From NCBI RefSeq assembly GCF_000284455.1, contig NC_017039.1, forward strand, positions 3,240,001-3,272,000: 32,000 bases of DNA, read 5' to 3'. Source of the DNA: Synechocystis sp. PCC 6803 substr. PCC-P. GTDB lineage: Bacteria; Cyanobacteriota; Cyanobacteriia; Cyanobacteriales; Microcystaceae. The position numbers and the translations under genes were made by a program. Of the stretch, positions 10,736 to 19,890 are shown one piece after another. Below the pieces are notes generated by a model. It was not told the origin of the DNA and ran no database searches. It saw nothing but the letters and a program-made list of their open reading frames with translations. Position 1 is the first letter of the stretch, and every line of letters begins with the position of its first letter.

Positions 10736-10819
10736 GATCCGGTATTGTTTTGGCTGGGGTTCTATCTATTGGGCCCCGGCCAATTTCTTTGTCAGTCCGG
10801 TAATTGTTGAGCAAAATTA

Positions 10820-11554
10820 ATGTCCACTGTAATTCCTACCTCCCAAGAACCTGTCACCCTTCCCAATGAAATTCTAGAAATTTCCATCAGCATTGCAGTC
10901 AAGGAGTTAGACCCAACCCTAGTCAATGAACAGTTTTTGAAGTTCAGTGGCATTGTGTCCAACGAATGGGAATTGAACCAACAGCCAGTGGTAAGTAAAG
11001 CTGGTTCCCAATTGGTGTTTAAAAATGGGCTCAGCATTGTGGCCCAGCCCCGCTCCCTAACGTTTTTAGAAGGGATGAATGATAAAACGGCGGAAGTGGT
11101 AACCGTGGGCAAGGTCGCCAGTGCCTTTGTGGAAAAATTACCCAATGCCCAATACAACGGCGTGGTAGTAACCCCCAAATGTTTAATTCCCCTACCGGAT
11201 CAAAACGATGGGGCTCGGAAGTTCATCACCGGTACTTTGCTGGCATCCGGTGCCTGGCAAGATTTGGGCAAGGCCCCCGTACAAGCGGCGGTGGAATTCA
11301 CCTATCTTTTGGAAGGCTGTCAATTTAACCTCAAAGTTAACCAGGCAACTTTGCAGATTCCCGATCGCCAGGCAGTGAGTGCGTTGTTATTTGCGGGTAA
11401 CTTCAATTACAGCTTGAATAATCCCAATCCCCAGGAACGGGTCAGCGTGGCCAAACAGTACATTGAAGCGTGGCAATCCGACTTGGATACTTTCCGGGGC
11501 ATTGTCCACGAAAAATTCTTGGCGGAGCAACAACCCCAAACGGTGTTTGGTTAA
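10820..11554 (+). CDS. Conserved hypothetical protein of about 244 aa
   Basis: Long ORF, co-oriented just after the RNase J gene, with ordinary composition. No catalytic motif recognised. Confidence 0.8.
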   Translation: MSTVIPTSQEPVTLPNEILEISISIAVKELDPTLVNEQFLKFSGIVSNEWELNQQPVVSKAGSQLVFKNGLSIVAQPRSLTFLEGMNDKTAEVVTVGKVASAFVEKLPNAQYNGVVVTPKCLIPLPDQNDGARKFITGTLLASGAWQDLGKAPVQAAVEFTYLLEGCQFNLKVNQATLQIPDRQAVSALLFAGNFNYSLNNPNPQERVSVAKQYIEAWQSDLDTFRGIVHEKFLAEQQPQTVFG

Positions 11555-11636
11555 TTCGGTATAACTATTTGGGGGTTTAACACCTCTAACATGGAGCAAT
11601 CAATCCGTAGAAATTTCCGTTGACCATACTTTATCC

Positions 11637-12242
11637 ATGGACACCAAGCCCCCTCGACAACGATTGATTGGTTTGACCGGGGGCATTGCTACGGGAAAAA
11701 GTACGGTTACGGATTATTTACAGCAAAAATACAGCGTCCCTATCCTCGACGCCGACCTCTATGCCCGCCAAGCAGTGGAACCGGGTTCTGAAATTCTAGT
11801 GGCGATCGCCAGGCGTTATGGCCCGGAAATTTTAGACCAACAGGGACAGTTAAAGCGCCAAGCCCTGGGGGAAATTGTCTTTAATAATGCTGAAGAAAAA
11901 CAATGGCTGGAGTCCCAAATTCACCCCTTTGTTGGGCGGTGTTTTCGGTCTGCCTTAGCTCAGTTAAAACAAGAGCAAACGGTGTTATTGAGCATTCCTC
12001 TATTGTTTGAAGCCCAGTTAACAGATTGGGTAACGGAAATTTGGGTAGTGACCTGCGGACCACAGCAACAGGTGGAACGATTGATCAAGCGCAACGGTTT
12101 GACGGAGGCAGAGGCTTTAGCTCGCATTACTAGTCAAATGCCCTTGGCGGAAAAGGTAGCTCTAGCGGATGTGGTGTTGGACAACTCCGGGCAAATTGCG
12201 GACCTAGAACCACAAATTATCAAGGCTTGGCATCACCGTTAA
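11637..12242 (+). CDS. coaE: Dephospho-CoA kinase
   Basis: IGLTGGIATGKST (P-loop), VPILDADLYARQAVEPGS, KRNGLTEAEALARITSQMP, VLDNSG. Confidence 0.96.
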   Translation: MDTKPPRQRLIGLTGGIATGKSTVTDYLQQKYSVPILDADLYARQAVEPGSEILVAIARRYGPEILDQQGQLKRQALGEIVFNNAEEKQWLESQIHPFVGRCFRSALAQLKQEQTVLLSIPLLFEAQLTDWVTEIWVVTCGPQQQVERLIKRNGLTEAEALARITSQMPLAEKVALADVVLDNSGQIADLEPQIIKAWHHR

Positions 12243-12459
12243 CATTTCCTTGCACTGATACTTCCATCAGGCGATCGCCAGGGCGAAAACTGGACTAAGA
12301 TTAAGTTCCGCAGAAACAAATCGAGCTCTATGCCGTCAGTGGGCATAAATCGCCAGAATTTTAACTTTTTAGACGCTACCATATTTAGTGTTTTGCCCCT
12401 ACAATGAGACTCCCCGCACACTAGATATGGAGTCTTGTTCCGGCAAGACCGATGGCAAA

Positions 12460-15400
12460 ATGAATCACTTGCAAGAATGGCGGCAAAGTTGTGTAGACGA
12501 CCAACTAACCCGCCTCAATGTCACTCCCCTTTTAGGGGATGCCCCCGCCCAACATTTGCTTTATGCTGAAGCGCTCCAGCGCCGTAATGACGGCCGAGTT
12601 AGTGACGGTTTAATGAAACGTTATGCCCACGTGGCCTCGGGGGGCTGGTGGTGTTCTGGCATTGATTTACTGTCCGGGGAAAAAGATCTATGGGGGTGTT
12701 TTAAGCCCGATCGCCCGAGACAGGATGGGGAAAGCAGTAAGACCATTAAATATGAGCATCCTCCCAAAACACCCACGGGAATTTTTGCCCTGCGGGTGCC
12801 CCTCCATCTTTGGGAAAGGATTGCTGCTAAAGCTGGGGTAGTCCTGACAGAGGAGGATCAAGACCCAGACCAGCCGGATTTAGGTTTTTGGCAATGGTTG
12901 ATGGGCCATCCGGAAATTCCTCTGGTAATCACAGAAGGGGCAAAAAAGGCGGGTGCTTTACTCACGGCCGGTTACGGGGCGATCGCCTTACCAGGAGTCC
13001 ATAACGGTTACCGCACTCCTAGGGATGACCAGGGGCAACGGATCGGCAAATGCCAATTAATTCCCGCTTTGGGAAAATTAGCCGCTCCCGGCAGACAAAT
13101 TCTGATTGCTTTCGATCAAGACAGTAAACCCAAAACTATCCAGCAGGTGAATCTGGCCATTCAACGGTTGGGCTATTTGTTCAGTCGCCAAGGGTGTGAA
13201 GTCAAAGTTTTGCAATGGGAGCATCACCTTGGTAAGGGCGTTGATGATGTGATTGCCCACCAAGGCAGTGATTATCTACAACAGTTGGTCGGCAAGGCCC
13301 TGCCGCTGGAAATCTGGAAAGCCCAACGACTTAACCGCCTCACCCATAGCCGGGGGATGGAAGTGGAAGCCCGGTATTTACCTCCTTTAACCATTCCCGC
13401 TGAAGAAAAATTAATTGCCCTACAATCGCCAAAGGGCACGGGCAAAACGGAATTTCTCGCTCGCATTGTCCGCCAAGCCCAGGCCGAACACAGACCAGTG
13501 TTGGTCATTGGCCATCGCATTCGTTTAGTGCAGGAACTGTGCCACCGTTTTCAGTTGCCCTATGTGGGGGATTTATCTAGTTCCCCCCTAGCTCGCCAAA
13601 GGGGTTTTGGTCTGTGTATCGACTCCCTCCATGGCCATTCCCAAGCCCAGTTTGACCCGGAACAGTGGCAAGATTGCCTAATTATCATTGATGAAGTGGA
13701 GCAGGTGCTCTGGCATGGACTGAATTCCGATACCTGCCGTCGTCAGCGGGTGGCCATTCTCCGTAACCTCAAGCAACTTTTGCAACATAGCCTAGGGGGA
13801 GAAGGACAAATTTATGTGGCCGATGCGGATTTAACCGATGTTTCCCTCGATTATTTGATCAGCTTGAGTGGCATTCCCCTCCAACCCTACGTGATCCGTA
13901 ACCATTGGCAACCGGGGTTAGAAGAAGCATGGCCCATCTATCACTTTGGCGAAAATGACCCCAAGCAATTGGTCAAACAACTGTTGCATCACATTCGGGA
14001 GGGCGGTAAACCTTTCGTCTGTCTCTCAGCTCAAAAGCTCACCAGTGCCTGGGGCACCCGCAATCTGGAAGCCTACCTGAAAAAGCAGTTTCCCGATCGC
14101 CGCATTTTACGCATTGATGCCGAATCCCTATCCGATCCTCACCATCCTGCCCATGGCAGTTTGACCAACCTCAACCAAGTGTTGGCCGACTATGACATTG
14201 TGCTGAGTAGTCCGGCGGTGGAAACGGGGGTCAGCATTGACCTAAAAAATCATTTCACTTCCGTGTGGGGCATTGCCCAGGGCATCCAAACCGCCACTTC
14301 CGTTTGCCAATCCCTCAGCCGCATTCGCCAAAATATTCCCCGTTACCTCTGGGCCGCTAGCTATGGCTTTAACCAAGTGGGCAATGGAGCTACGGCCATT
14401 AGTAAGTTCCTCACCGCCGGCCATCGTTTGACGGAGGTTAATATCCGGCTGTTGCAACAATCGGATCTGGATAATTTGGATGATTTAGACACCGGTTTCC
14501 AGGCGGAATCTTTGCTCTGCTGGGCCAAAATGGCGGTGCGGATCAACCTGGCCATGGTCAATTATCGGGAATCCATTCTTGGGCTTTTGCACCAGGAAGG
14601 CCATCAGTTGTTGGGGCCGCCCCCAGCTTTACCGTCTTTGCCTGTTCCACCCAGCGATCCCGATCACCCCCTCAGTACGGTCGCTCCTCAGCCTTTGCAA
14701 CAGGCCATTGAAGCGGTGCGGGAACAAAATTACCTTGCCGACTGCCAGGCGATCGCCGACGCTAAACCCCTAAAAGAATTGGAATATCAACAGTTGAAGA
14801 AAAGGCTAGTGAAAAATAGCCACGAACGGCAACGGCTACGGCGCTACGAACTGGCCCAACGCTACGGTATTCCTGTGACGGCGGATCTGGTGCAAAAAGA
14901 TGACCAAAATTGGTATCAAAAACTGCGTTGGCATTACTTCCTCACCGTAGGCCGGCCATTCCTTGGCGATCGGGATGCCAAAATTGCCCGTTTACTATTG
15001 GATCAAGGACAAGGCAGTCTCTTTCTCCCGGACTTTAATGGTTCCCAATTGGGGGCCATCATCGGTACCTACGACATTATTGGCATTCCCATTCTGCTGG
15101 CCCATCCCCAACGGGAGTTGTGTGCCCTGGATGAGGACTTAATCGCCCTGGGTAAATTAGCCTTGGCTAACCGGGATGATATTAAAACGGTAGTGGGCAT
15201 TGGTTTAGCCAAAAATGCTAGCCCCATCACCATTGTCCGTCGTTTTCTGGAAAAGCTGGGCTTTGGGATCCAATTAACCCGTACGAAAACTGTAGAAAAA
15301 AAACGAGTGCGGATTTATCAAATCACCTGTCCCCAGGATGGACGAGAAAAGGTCTTTCAAGCTTGGCTCCAAGGCGATCGCCAATGTCCCGGCAGTTCGG

Positions 15401-15498
15401 AACAATGGATGGCGGAATATTGGAAAAAGTTACAGAGTTCCCCCAGGGCAGAGGAGCAACATCAACCCTTTGTGCAACTCAGCCTGGAGTTAGGATAA
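12460..15498 (+). CDS. CyRepA1-like / DUF3854-type plasmid replication protein: TOPRIM-like domain plus helicase-like domain
   Basis: TOPRIM-like VITEGAKKAGALLTAGYGAIALPG...ILIAFDQDSK; P-loop SPKGTGKTEFLARI; Walker B IIIDEVEQVLW; later helicase-like motifs VLSSPAVETGVSIDLK and CQSLSRIRQNIPRY. The ORF is open from a GTG at 12388; the start is uncertain (12388, 12427 or 12460). Family name is from recall of cyanobacterial homologues. Confidence 0.78.
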   Translation: MNHLQEWRQSCVDDQLTRLNVTPLLGDAPAQHLLYAEALQRRNDGRVSDGLMKRYAHVASGGWWCSGIDLLSGEKDLWGCFKPDRPRQDGESSKTIKYEHPPKTPTGIFALRVPLHLWERIAAKAGVVLTEEDQDPDQPDLGFWQWLMGHPEIPLVITEGAKKAGALLTAGYGAIALPGVHNGYRTPRDDQGQRIGKCQLIPALGKLAAPGRQILIAFDQDSKPKTIQQVNLAIQRLGYLFSRQGCEVKVLQWEHHLGKGVDDVIAHQGSDYLQQLVGKALPLEIWKAQRLNRLTHSRGMEVEARYLPPLTIPAEEKLIALQSPKGTGKTEFLARIVRQAQAEHRPVLVIGHRIRLVQELCHRFQLPYVGDLSSSPLARQRGFGLCIDSLHGHSQAQFDPEQWQDCLIIIDEVEQVLWHGLNSDTCRRQRVAILRNLKQLLQHSLGGEGQIYVADADLTDVSLDYLISLSGIPLQPYVIRNHWQPGLEEAWPIYHFGENDPKQLVKQLLHHIREGGKPFVCLSAQKLTSAWGTRNLEAYLKKQFPDRRILRIDAESLSDPHHPAHGSLTNLNQVLADYDIVLSSPAVETGVSIDLKNHFTSVWGIAQGIQTATSVCQSLSRIRQNIPRYLWAASYGFNQVGNGATAISKFLTAGHRLTEVNIRLLQQSDLDNLDDLDTGFQAESLLCWAKMAVRINLAMVNYRESILGLLHQEGHQLLGPPPALPSLPVPPSDPDHPLSTVAPQPLQQAIEAVREQNYLADCQAIADAKPLKELEYQQLKKRLVKNSHERQRLRRYELAQRYGIPVTADLVQKDDQNWYQKLRWHYFLTVGRPFLGDRDAKIARLLLDQGQGSLFLPDFNGSQLGAIIGTYDIIGIPILLAHPQRELCALDEDLIALGKLALANRDDIKTVVGIGLAKNASPITIVRRFLEKLGFGIQLTRTKTVEKKRVRIYQITCPQDGREKVFQAWLQGDRQCPGSSEQWMAEYWKKLQSSPRAEEQHQPFVQLSLELG

Positions 15499-15519
15499 CT
15501 CCGACAAGAATGGCTAAGC

Positions 15520-17715
15520 CTAGGGCAACAATGCCTTGGCCCGATCGCCAAGGGCCTGGGCAGTTAGGCCGTTATAGGCCATCAGTTGTCCAGCGCTGGC
15601 GGTAGTTTCCCCCCGTTTCCAAGCAAATAGATCCCTGGGGCAAGCACTACGGAGTAGAACTGGTTCCAACATGGCTCCACTGCCACCGGTCACCCCAATC
15701 AACGCATCGCCACCAAACAGTTCGGTAAATTCAGCATCGCTCAAAAAGCCACTGTCCGCTTCGGAACAATCCTGCCATTGCACATCATGGGGACGGTACA
15801 AGCGCCGGGGATTAATTACCGAAACCACTTTTACCCCATAACCTTCACTTTCCAATTGACTGGCCGCTTCCAACACGGGAATTAGAGTCATATCGCCAAT
15901 TACTGCAAAAACAATGGTTTTAGAGCCAGTGCTGTTGTGGAGTAGGATGCCGCCTTTGGCTAAACCCTGACGATTTTGCTCCAACGTAGTGCGGATGGGC
16001 AAAGGAGACTTACTGGCGGTGATGGGAATGCCTTTGTTGCTGGTGGTTAACGCCCAGTCATAGCAAACCTGAATACCGTTGGCATCACAGGGGAAAAGGG
16101 GAAAAATATTCCCATTCCGCATCATAGCGGCAAAATAATTCTCAATTTCCGGCCGTTGGTGAGTCCAACCGTTGCGCCCTTGTTCCAACGCTCCCGCTGT
16201 AAACAGGGTAATGGTGGAAGGGGTAGGACGACGTAGCTCCGCCATGGCCTGGGTCACCGTCTGCCAAATGGGTAAACCGTTAATAGCAAAGGACTCGTAG
16301 GAACACCAGAGGGTACGGCCTCCAAACAAAGCTTGGGCGGCGGCCAGGCCAGCACAGGCATCTTCGCTCAGGGGTTCATAAACTTGGCCGTTGGGTTGTT
16401 GGAAATAATCCTCATCCACCGTGGGATGGACAATTTTTAGCCCAACGTTGATGTTATTGATCCCAGAAGCGGCGTTACCGTCGGCGTTGGTAACCACAAA
16501 GTTTGAATCCTGTTTGCCCACATGAACCACCAATTCCCCCATGGCGGTGGTGGCTACCTGTTTATCTTCTAGGGCAAACTCCTTCAGGGGCAGAGTACCC
16601 AGATCCGCTAAAGGTAAAACGGATTCCGTCACCACGGTTTGGGAGGCGGGGCCACCGTGGGAACGTTCAAAATTGGTCCGCACCAATTGCCAAGCTTCGG
16701 GGGATAGGGCCCGTTCTTGCAAAGCACTGACAATATAATCTTTATCTAAACTGTCGCCGGGATAGAGGTTGTGGGATTTGGCCCCGGATTTGTGGACTCC
16801 CGCTCCTTTTAGTTGTTTGACAATCAGAACCGTTAACGTACCACCAAGGGCCGCCTGGGCCGCTTTGTCGGTGGCCTCCAACACTGCCTGGGTAAAAGCT
16901 AACCGTTGTTGGAAAGAAAACTTGGTGCTGTCAACAAAATCCCCCGCTTGATTGCTGTCGTCAAAATCTTTGGCGTTGACCAGAATGACATTTTTAAAAC
17001 CGTTGCCCTGCCAGTAGTTAACCATGGCTTCATTGCTCTGGGTGGAAACCATGCTGTGGTGTTCTTGGCTAAAACCGTTCCAGACCAAAATGGGCAAAAA
17101 GTTTGTTACCTGGGGATAGGCCGTGTGGAAATGGCCAAAACTACTCATGATGTAGGGTTCCCCCAAACCACCATCTCCGATAGTTACGGGAAATAAAACG
17201 CCGGGATAAAGTTTTGCTCCGGCCATGGCGAAATGTTGACCTTGACCCAGGGGGCCTGCTGGAGCTAATAAGCCTGGGATTTGCCCTGAGAGGTGGCCCA
17301 ATAGGCCGTGCATTTCCCGGAACCGATCGCCAAGTTCTTGGACATTATTAATCCCCATGGCTTCCAGGGAACGATCCAAAAACATGGTGCTGTAAAAACC
17401 GGGGGCATGGTGGCCCACTTCCGTCACCGTATTTTTGTAGCCCAACATGACCAGAGCGGCGATCGCCTCCGCAATGCTGGCAAAACCGCCGGGGTGACCC
17501 GATTCTTTACTGGCTGTGGTTTGGAGCGTTAAATATCTGAGGGCATCCGCCGCCAACAAAGTTTGATACACCGCCTGGGGATCATTGGCAGAACTGATGG
17601 CCTTTGCCCCACTGGCGATCGCCGTTTCCTGGCCATAACGATCAAAATCCGGCAGGTTTTCACCGAAAAAGCGAATTCCTTGGCAAAAAGCAGGGGCGGT
17701 GGAGGCGACGGTCAT
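15520..17715 (-). CDS. Transketolase/phosphoketolase-family thiamine-diphosphate enzyme
   Basis: Transketolase-like ESGHPGG and GPLGQG, ThDP/Mg-binding GDGGLGEP, Pyr-domain SYESFAINGLPIWQ resembling the phosphoketolase SYEAF region, and C-terminal EAASQLESEGYGVKVVSVINPRRL. Confidence 0.72.
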   Translation of the reverse strand: MTVASTAPAFCQGIRFFGENLPDFDRYGQETAIASGAKAISSANDPQAVYQTLLAADALRYLTLQTTASKESGHPGGFASIAEAIAALVMLGYKNTVTEVGHHAPGFYSTMFLDRSLEAMGINNVQELGDRFREMHGLLGHLSGQIPGLLAPAGPLGQGQHFAMAGAKLYPGVLFPVTIGDGGLGEPYIMSSFGHFHTAYPQVTNFLPILVWNGFSQEHHSMVSTQSNEAMVNYWQGNGFKNVILVNAKDFDDSNQAGDFVDSTKFSFQQRLAFTQAVLEATDKAAQAALGGTLTVLIVKQLKGAGVHKSGAKSHNLYPGDSLDKDYIVSALQERALSPEAWQLVRTNFERSHGGPASQTVVTESVLPLADLGTLPLKEFALEDKQVATTAMGELVVHVGKQDSNFVVTNADGNAASGINNINVGLKIVHPTVDEDYFQQPNGQVYEPLSEDACAGLAAAQALFGGRTLWCSYESFAINGLPIWQTVTQAMAELRRPTPSTITLFTAGALEQGRNGWTHQRPEIENYFAAMMRNGNIFPLFPCDANGIQVCYDWALTTSNKGIPITASKSPLPIRTTLEQNRQGLAKGGILLHNSTGSKTIVFAVIGDMTLIPVLEAASQLESEGYGVKVVSVINPRRLYRPHDVQWQDCSEADSGFLSDAEFTELFGGDALIGVTGGSGAMLEPVLLRSACPRDLFAWKRGETTASAGQLMAYNGLTAQALGDRAKALLP

Positions 17716-17858
17716 GGGAAAAAATCCTAGTCCAATGAAAAGTAACGATTGAGGCTAATTTTACCCCCTTGGGGAACACCAGATAATCCCCTATTCTGCC
17801 ATTAAAAAAGATTGAGAAAAAGCTATGGTCGCTCAATCCCAATCTTTATGGTTTCCTT

Positions 17859-17959
17859 GCCCCCTAAATCTCCTCACTAAAGCTCCGGCAAGTTTGGGGG
17901 ACTTTAAATCTTATTTTCCCCCCAAAAAAATTTGGGGGGCCAGGGGGGCTTTTAAAACA
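17859..17959. repeat. Palindromic intergenic repeat, copy A
   Basis: GCCCCCTAAATCTCCTCACTAAAGCTCCGGCAAGTTTGGGGGACTTT...TTCCCCCCAAAAAAATTTGGGGGGCCAGGGGGGCTTTTAAAACA. Near-match to 24959-25053. It has outer arms GCCCCCT/AGGGGGGC and inner arms CCCCCC/GGGGGG. Confidence 0.85.
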
Positions 17960-17963
17960 GGCT

Positions 17964-19073
17964 CTAGGCGGCGGAGGTTTGCAGACATTTGATGATGGAA
18001 GCTTTTTCCAATAATCCCACCACTTCTCCCGAAGGTTGCACCACCAAAAGTTCCGACAGTTTCTGTTGATCTAACAACTGGGCCACTTCAAACAAAGATT
18101 GATTGGCGTTAACGGTGACCATCTGTTGGGGATACTGCATCAAGCTATCCACTGTGACCTGGGGCCAATCGGAAGTGGGGACGTGTTTGATGTCTTCCGT
18201 AGCAAGTACACCTAACAGTTGATTGTCGGCACCAATAACCAAGAACCGTCGCCAGGGGGTTTTACCAATCACATAATCGTTAGCAAATTCCCGAATATTT
18301 AACCCGGCAGGAATAATGGGGCTGTTGGGAATAACCGCATCTTCAGCAGTAAAGGCTTCCATTTGCTCTTTGACCTGGGCGTTGCGGGCGGAGGAACCAG
18401 CATTTTGTAACAGGAACCAACCGATCAAAATGGTCCAGAAGCTACCGATGGGCAGAATATTTAAAATACCTAAGCTACCAATGGCGATCGCCAACCAACC
18501 GAAACCCTGGCCCACCCGACTAGCAATGAGAATACCTTTGTTTTGATTGCCCGTGATTTGCCACACAATGGATTTGAGCACATTGCCGCCGTCCAAAGGT
18601 AAACCAGGAATGAGGTTAAACAATGCCAGGGCGAGGTTGATCATGCCCAATAAACCAATGATGGCCTGCCCCGGCACAGGTAGGGGGATTTGGGTACCAA
18701 CTATGGTTAAACCCAAAAAGAGCACTAAACTCACCGCCGGCCCGGCGATCGCCACCGCAAAAGCTTGCCAGGGAGTGTTGGATTCCTTTTCTAAACTCGC
18801 TAGACCACCGAACAAAAACAGAGTGATGGATTTAACTTCAATGCCCTGGGCTAAGGCAACCAAACTATGGCCCAACTCGTGGGCGACAACGGAAGCAAAG
18901 AGGAGTAAAGCTGTAATTAACCCCAAAATCCAGGGTGTGCCACCGGAAAGTTGGGGAAAGCGGGCTAAGTCTTGGCCATAGCTCAGGGTCACCAATCCTA
19001 AAATTAAAAACCAGGATGGGTTGACGTAAAAAGGAATGCCAAACAGACTGCCGACGCGGATATTGTTGTTCAT
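17964..19073 (-). CDS. Site-2-type intramembrane metalloprotease (M50) with C-terminal CBS region
   Basis: HEXXH in VVAHELGHSLVAL, LIPGLPLDGGNVL zinc-ligand motif, multiple TM segments, and a C-terminal CBS-like pair (FLVIGADNQLLGVLATEDI, LLVVQPSGEVVGLLEKASI). Likely ATG at 19073 (MNNNIRVGSLFGIPFYVNPSWF). Confidence 0.93.
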   Translation of the reverse strand: MNNNIRVGSLFGIPFYVNPSWFLILGLVTLSYGQDLARFPQLSGGTPWILGLITALLLFASVVAHELGHSLVALAQGIEVKSITLFLFGGLASLEKESNTPWQAFAVAIAGPAVSLVLFLGLTIVGTQIPLPVPGQAIIGLLGMINLALALFNLIPGLPLDGGNVLKSIVWQITGNQNKGILIASRVGQGFGWLAIAIGSLGILNILPIGSFWTILIGWFLLQNAGSSARNAQVKEQMEAFTAEDAVIPNSPIIPAGLNIREFANDYVIGKTPWRRFLVIGADNQLLGVLATEDIKHVPTSDWPQVTVDSLMQYPQQMVTVNANQSLFEVAQLLDQQKLSELLVVQPSGEVVGLLEKASIIKCLQTSAA

Positions 19074-19232
19074 AAACTGCCCCCCTAAACTGAGGCTTAA
19101 CATGAATTAATTGTAACGAGATGTTAAGAATTGCCTGAGTGGGATAACCGTCGGGGTTAGTTCGGTTAAGCACCTTTCCCCCAATCCACCGTAGGATCTA
19201 GTCAACAGGCCTCGATTTCCGTTAACTTGCCC

Positions 19233-19889
19233 ATGTTTTCCCCCAGCGTTTACTCAGAAATTATCGCTACCCTCCCCCCCAGTGTACGGTTGGTGGCGGT
19301 AACCAAAACCAAGGCGATCGCCGACATCGAAGCGGCCTACGGAGCGGGCATCCGGGATTTTGCCGAAAGTCGCATCCAAGAAGCTTTACCAAAAATCGAA
19401 GCTTTAGCAAATTACCAAGATATTAACTGGCATTTTATCGGACGTTTACAGAGTAACAAGGCCCGCAAAGTGGTGGAAAATTTTACCTATATCCATTCCG
19501 TTGATAATTTGGCGATCGCCGTCAAACTAGACCGCATTGCTGAGGAGTTGAACAAATTTCCCCAGGGATTATTACAAATCAAGTTACTGCCGGACGAGAA
19601 TAAATCCGGTTGGACAAGGGAAGAATTAAAGCTGGATTTGCCCCAACTGGAGCTATTAAAAAATCTAAAAATTTGTGGCTTAATGACTATTTTACCCCTG
19701 GGTCTTTCCCCTGGCGATCGCCAACTAACCTTTGGGGAACTAAAAAATCTGGCCACAGCCATCAACCAACAATCTAGCCTGTCATTAACGGAACTATCCA
19801 TGGGCATGTCCGGAGATTACCCAGAAGCCATTGCCGCCGGAGCTACCATGATCCGCTTGGGTACCATTCTCTTTGGCGATCGACTCTAA
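19233..19889 (+). CDS. yggS: YggS/PROSC family pyridoxal-phosphate homeostasis protein
   Basis: RLVAVTKTKAIADIEAAYGAGIRDFAESRIQEALPKIEAL, WHFIGRLQSNKARKVV, CGLMTILPLG, LSMGMSGDYPEAIAAGATMIRLGTILFG. Confidence 0.95.
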   Translation: MFSPSVYSEIIATLPPSVRLVAVTKTKAIADIEAAYGAGIRDFAESRIQEALPKIEALANYQDINWHFIGRLQSNKARKVVENFTYIHSVDNLAIAVKLDRIAEELNKFPQGLLQIKLLPDENKSGWTREELKLDLPQLELLKNLKICGLMTILPLGLSPGDRQLTFGELKNLATAINQQSSLSLTELSMGMSGDYPEAIAAGATMIRLGTILFGDRL

Positions 19890-19890
19890 A

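Noticed and set aside
15499-15519. Possible terminator between the convergent Rep-like gene and the ThDP enzyme (GGCTAAGCC)
   Set aside because: Only a 4-bp stem with no U-tract. Too weak to call.
12243-15519. Integrated plasmid or mobile element boundaries around the Rep-like gene
   Set aside because: Searched by eye for flanking direct repeats, a tRNA, an integrase or partition genes and found none. Chromosomal integration is only an inference.
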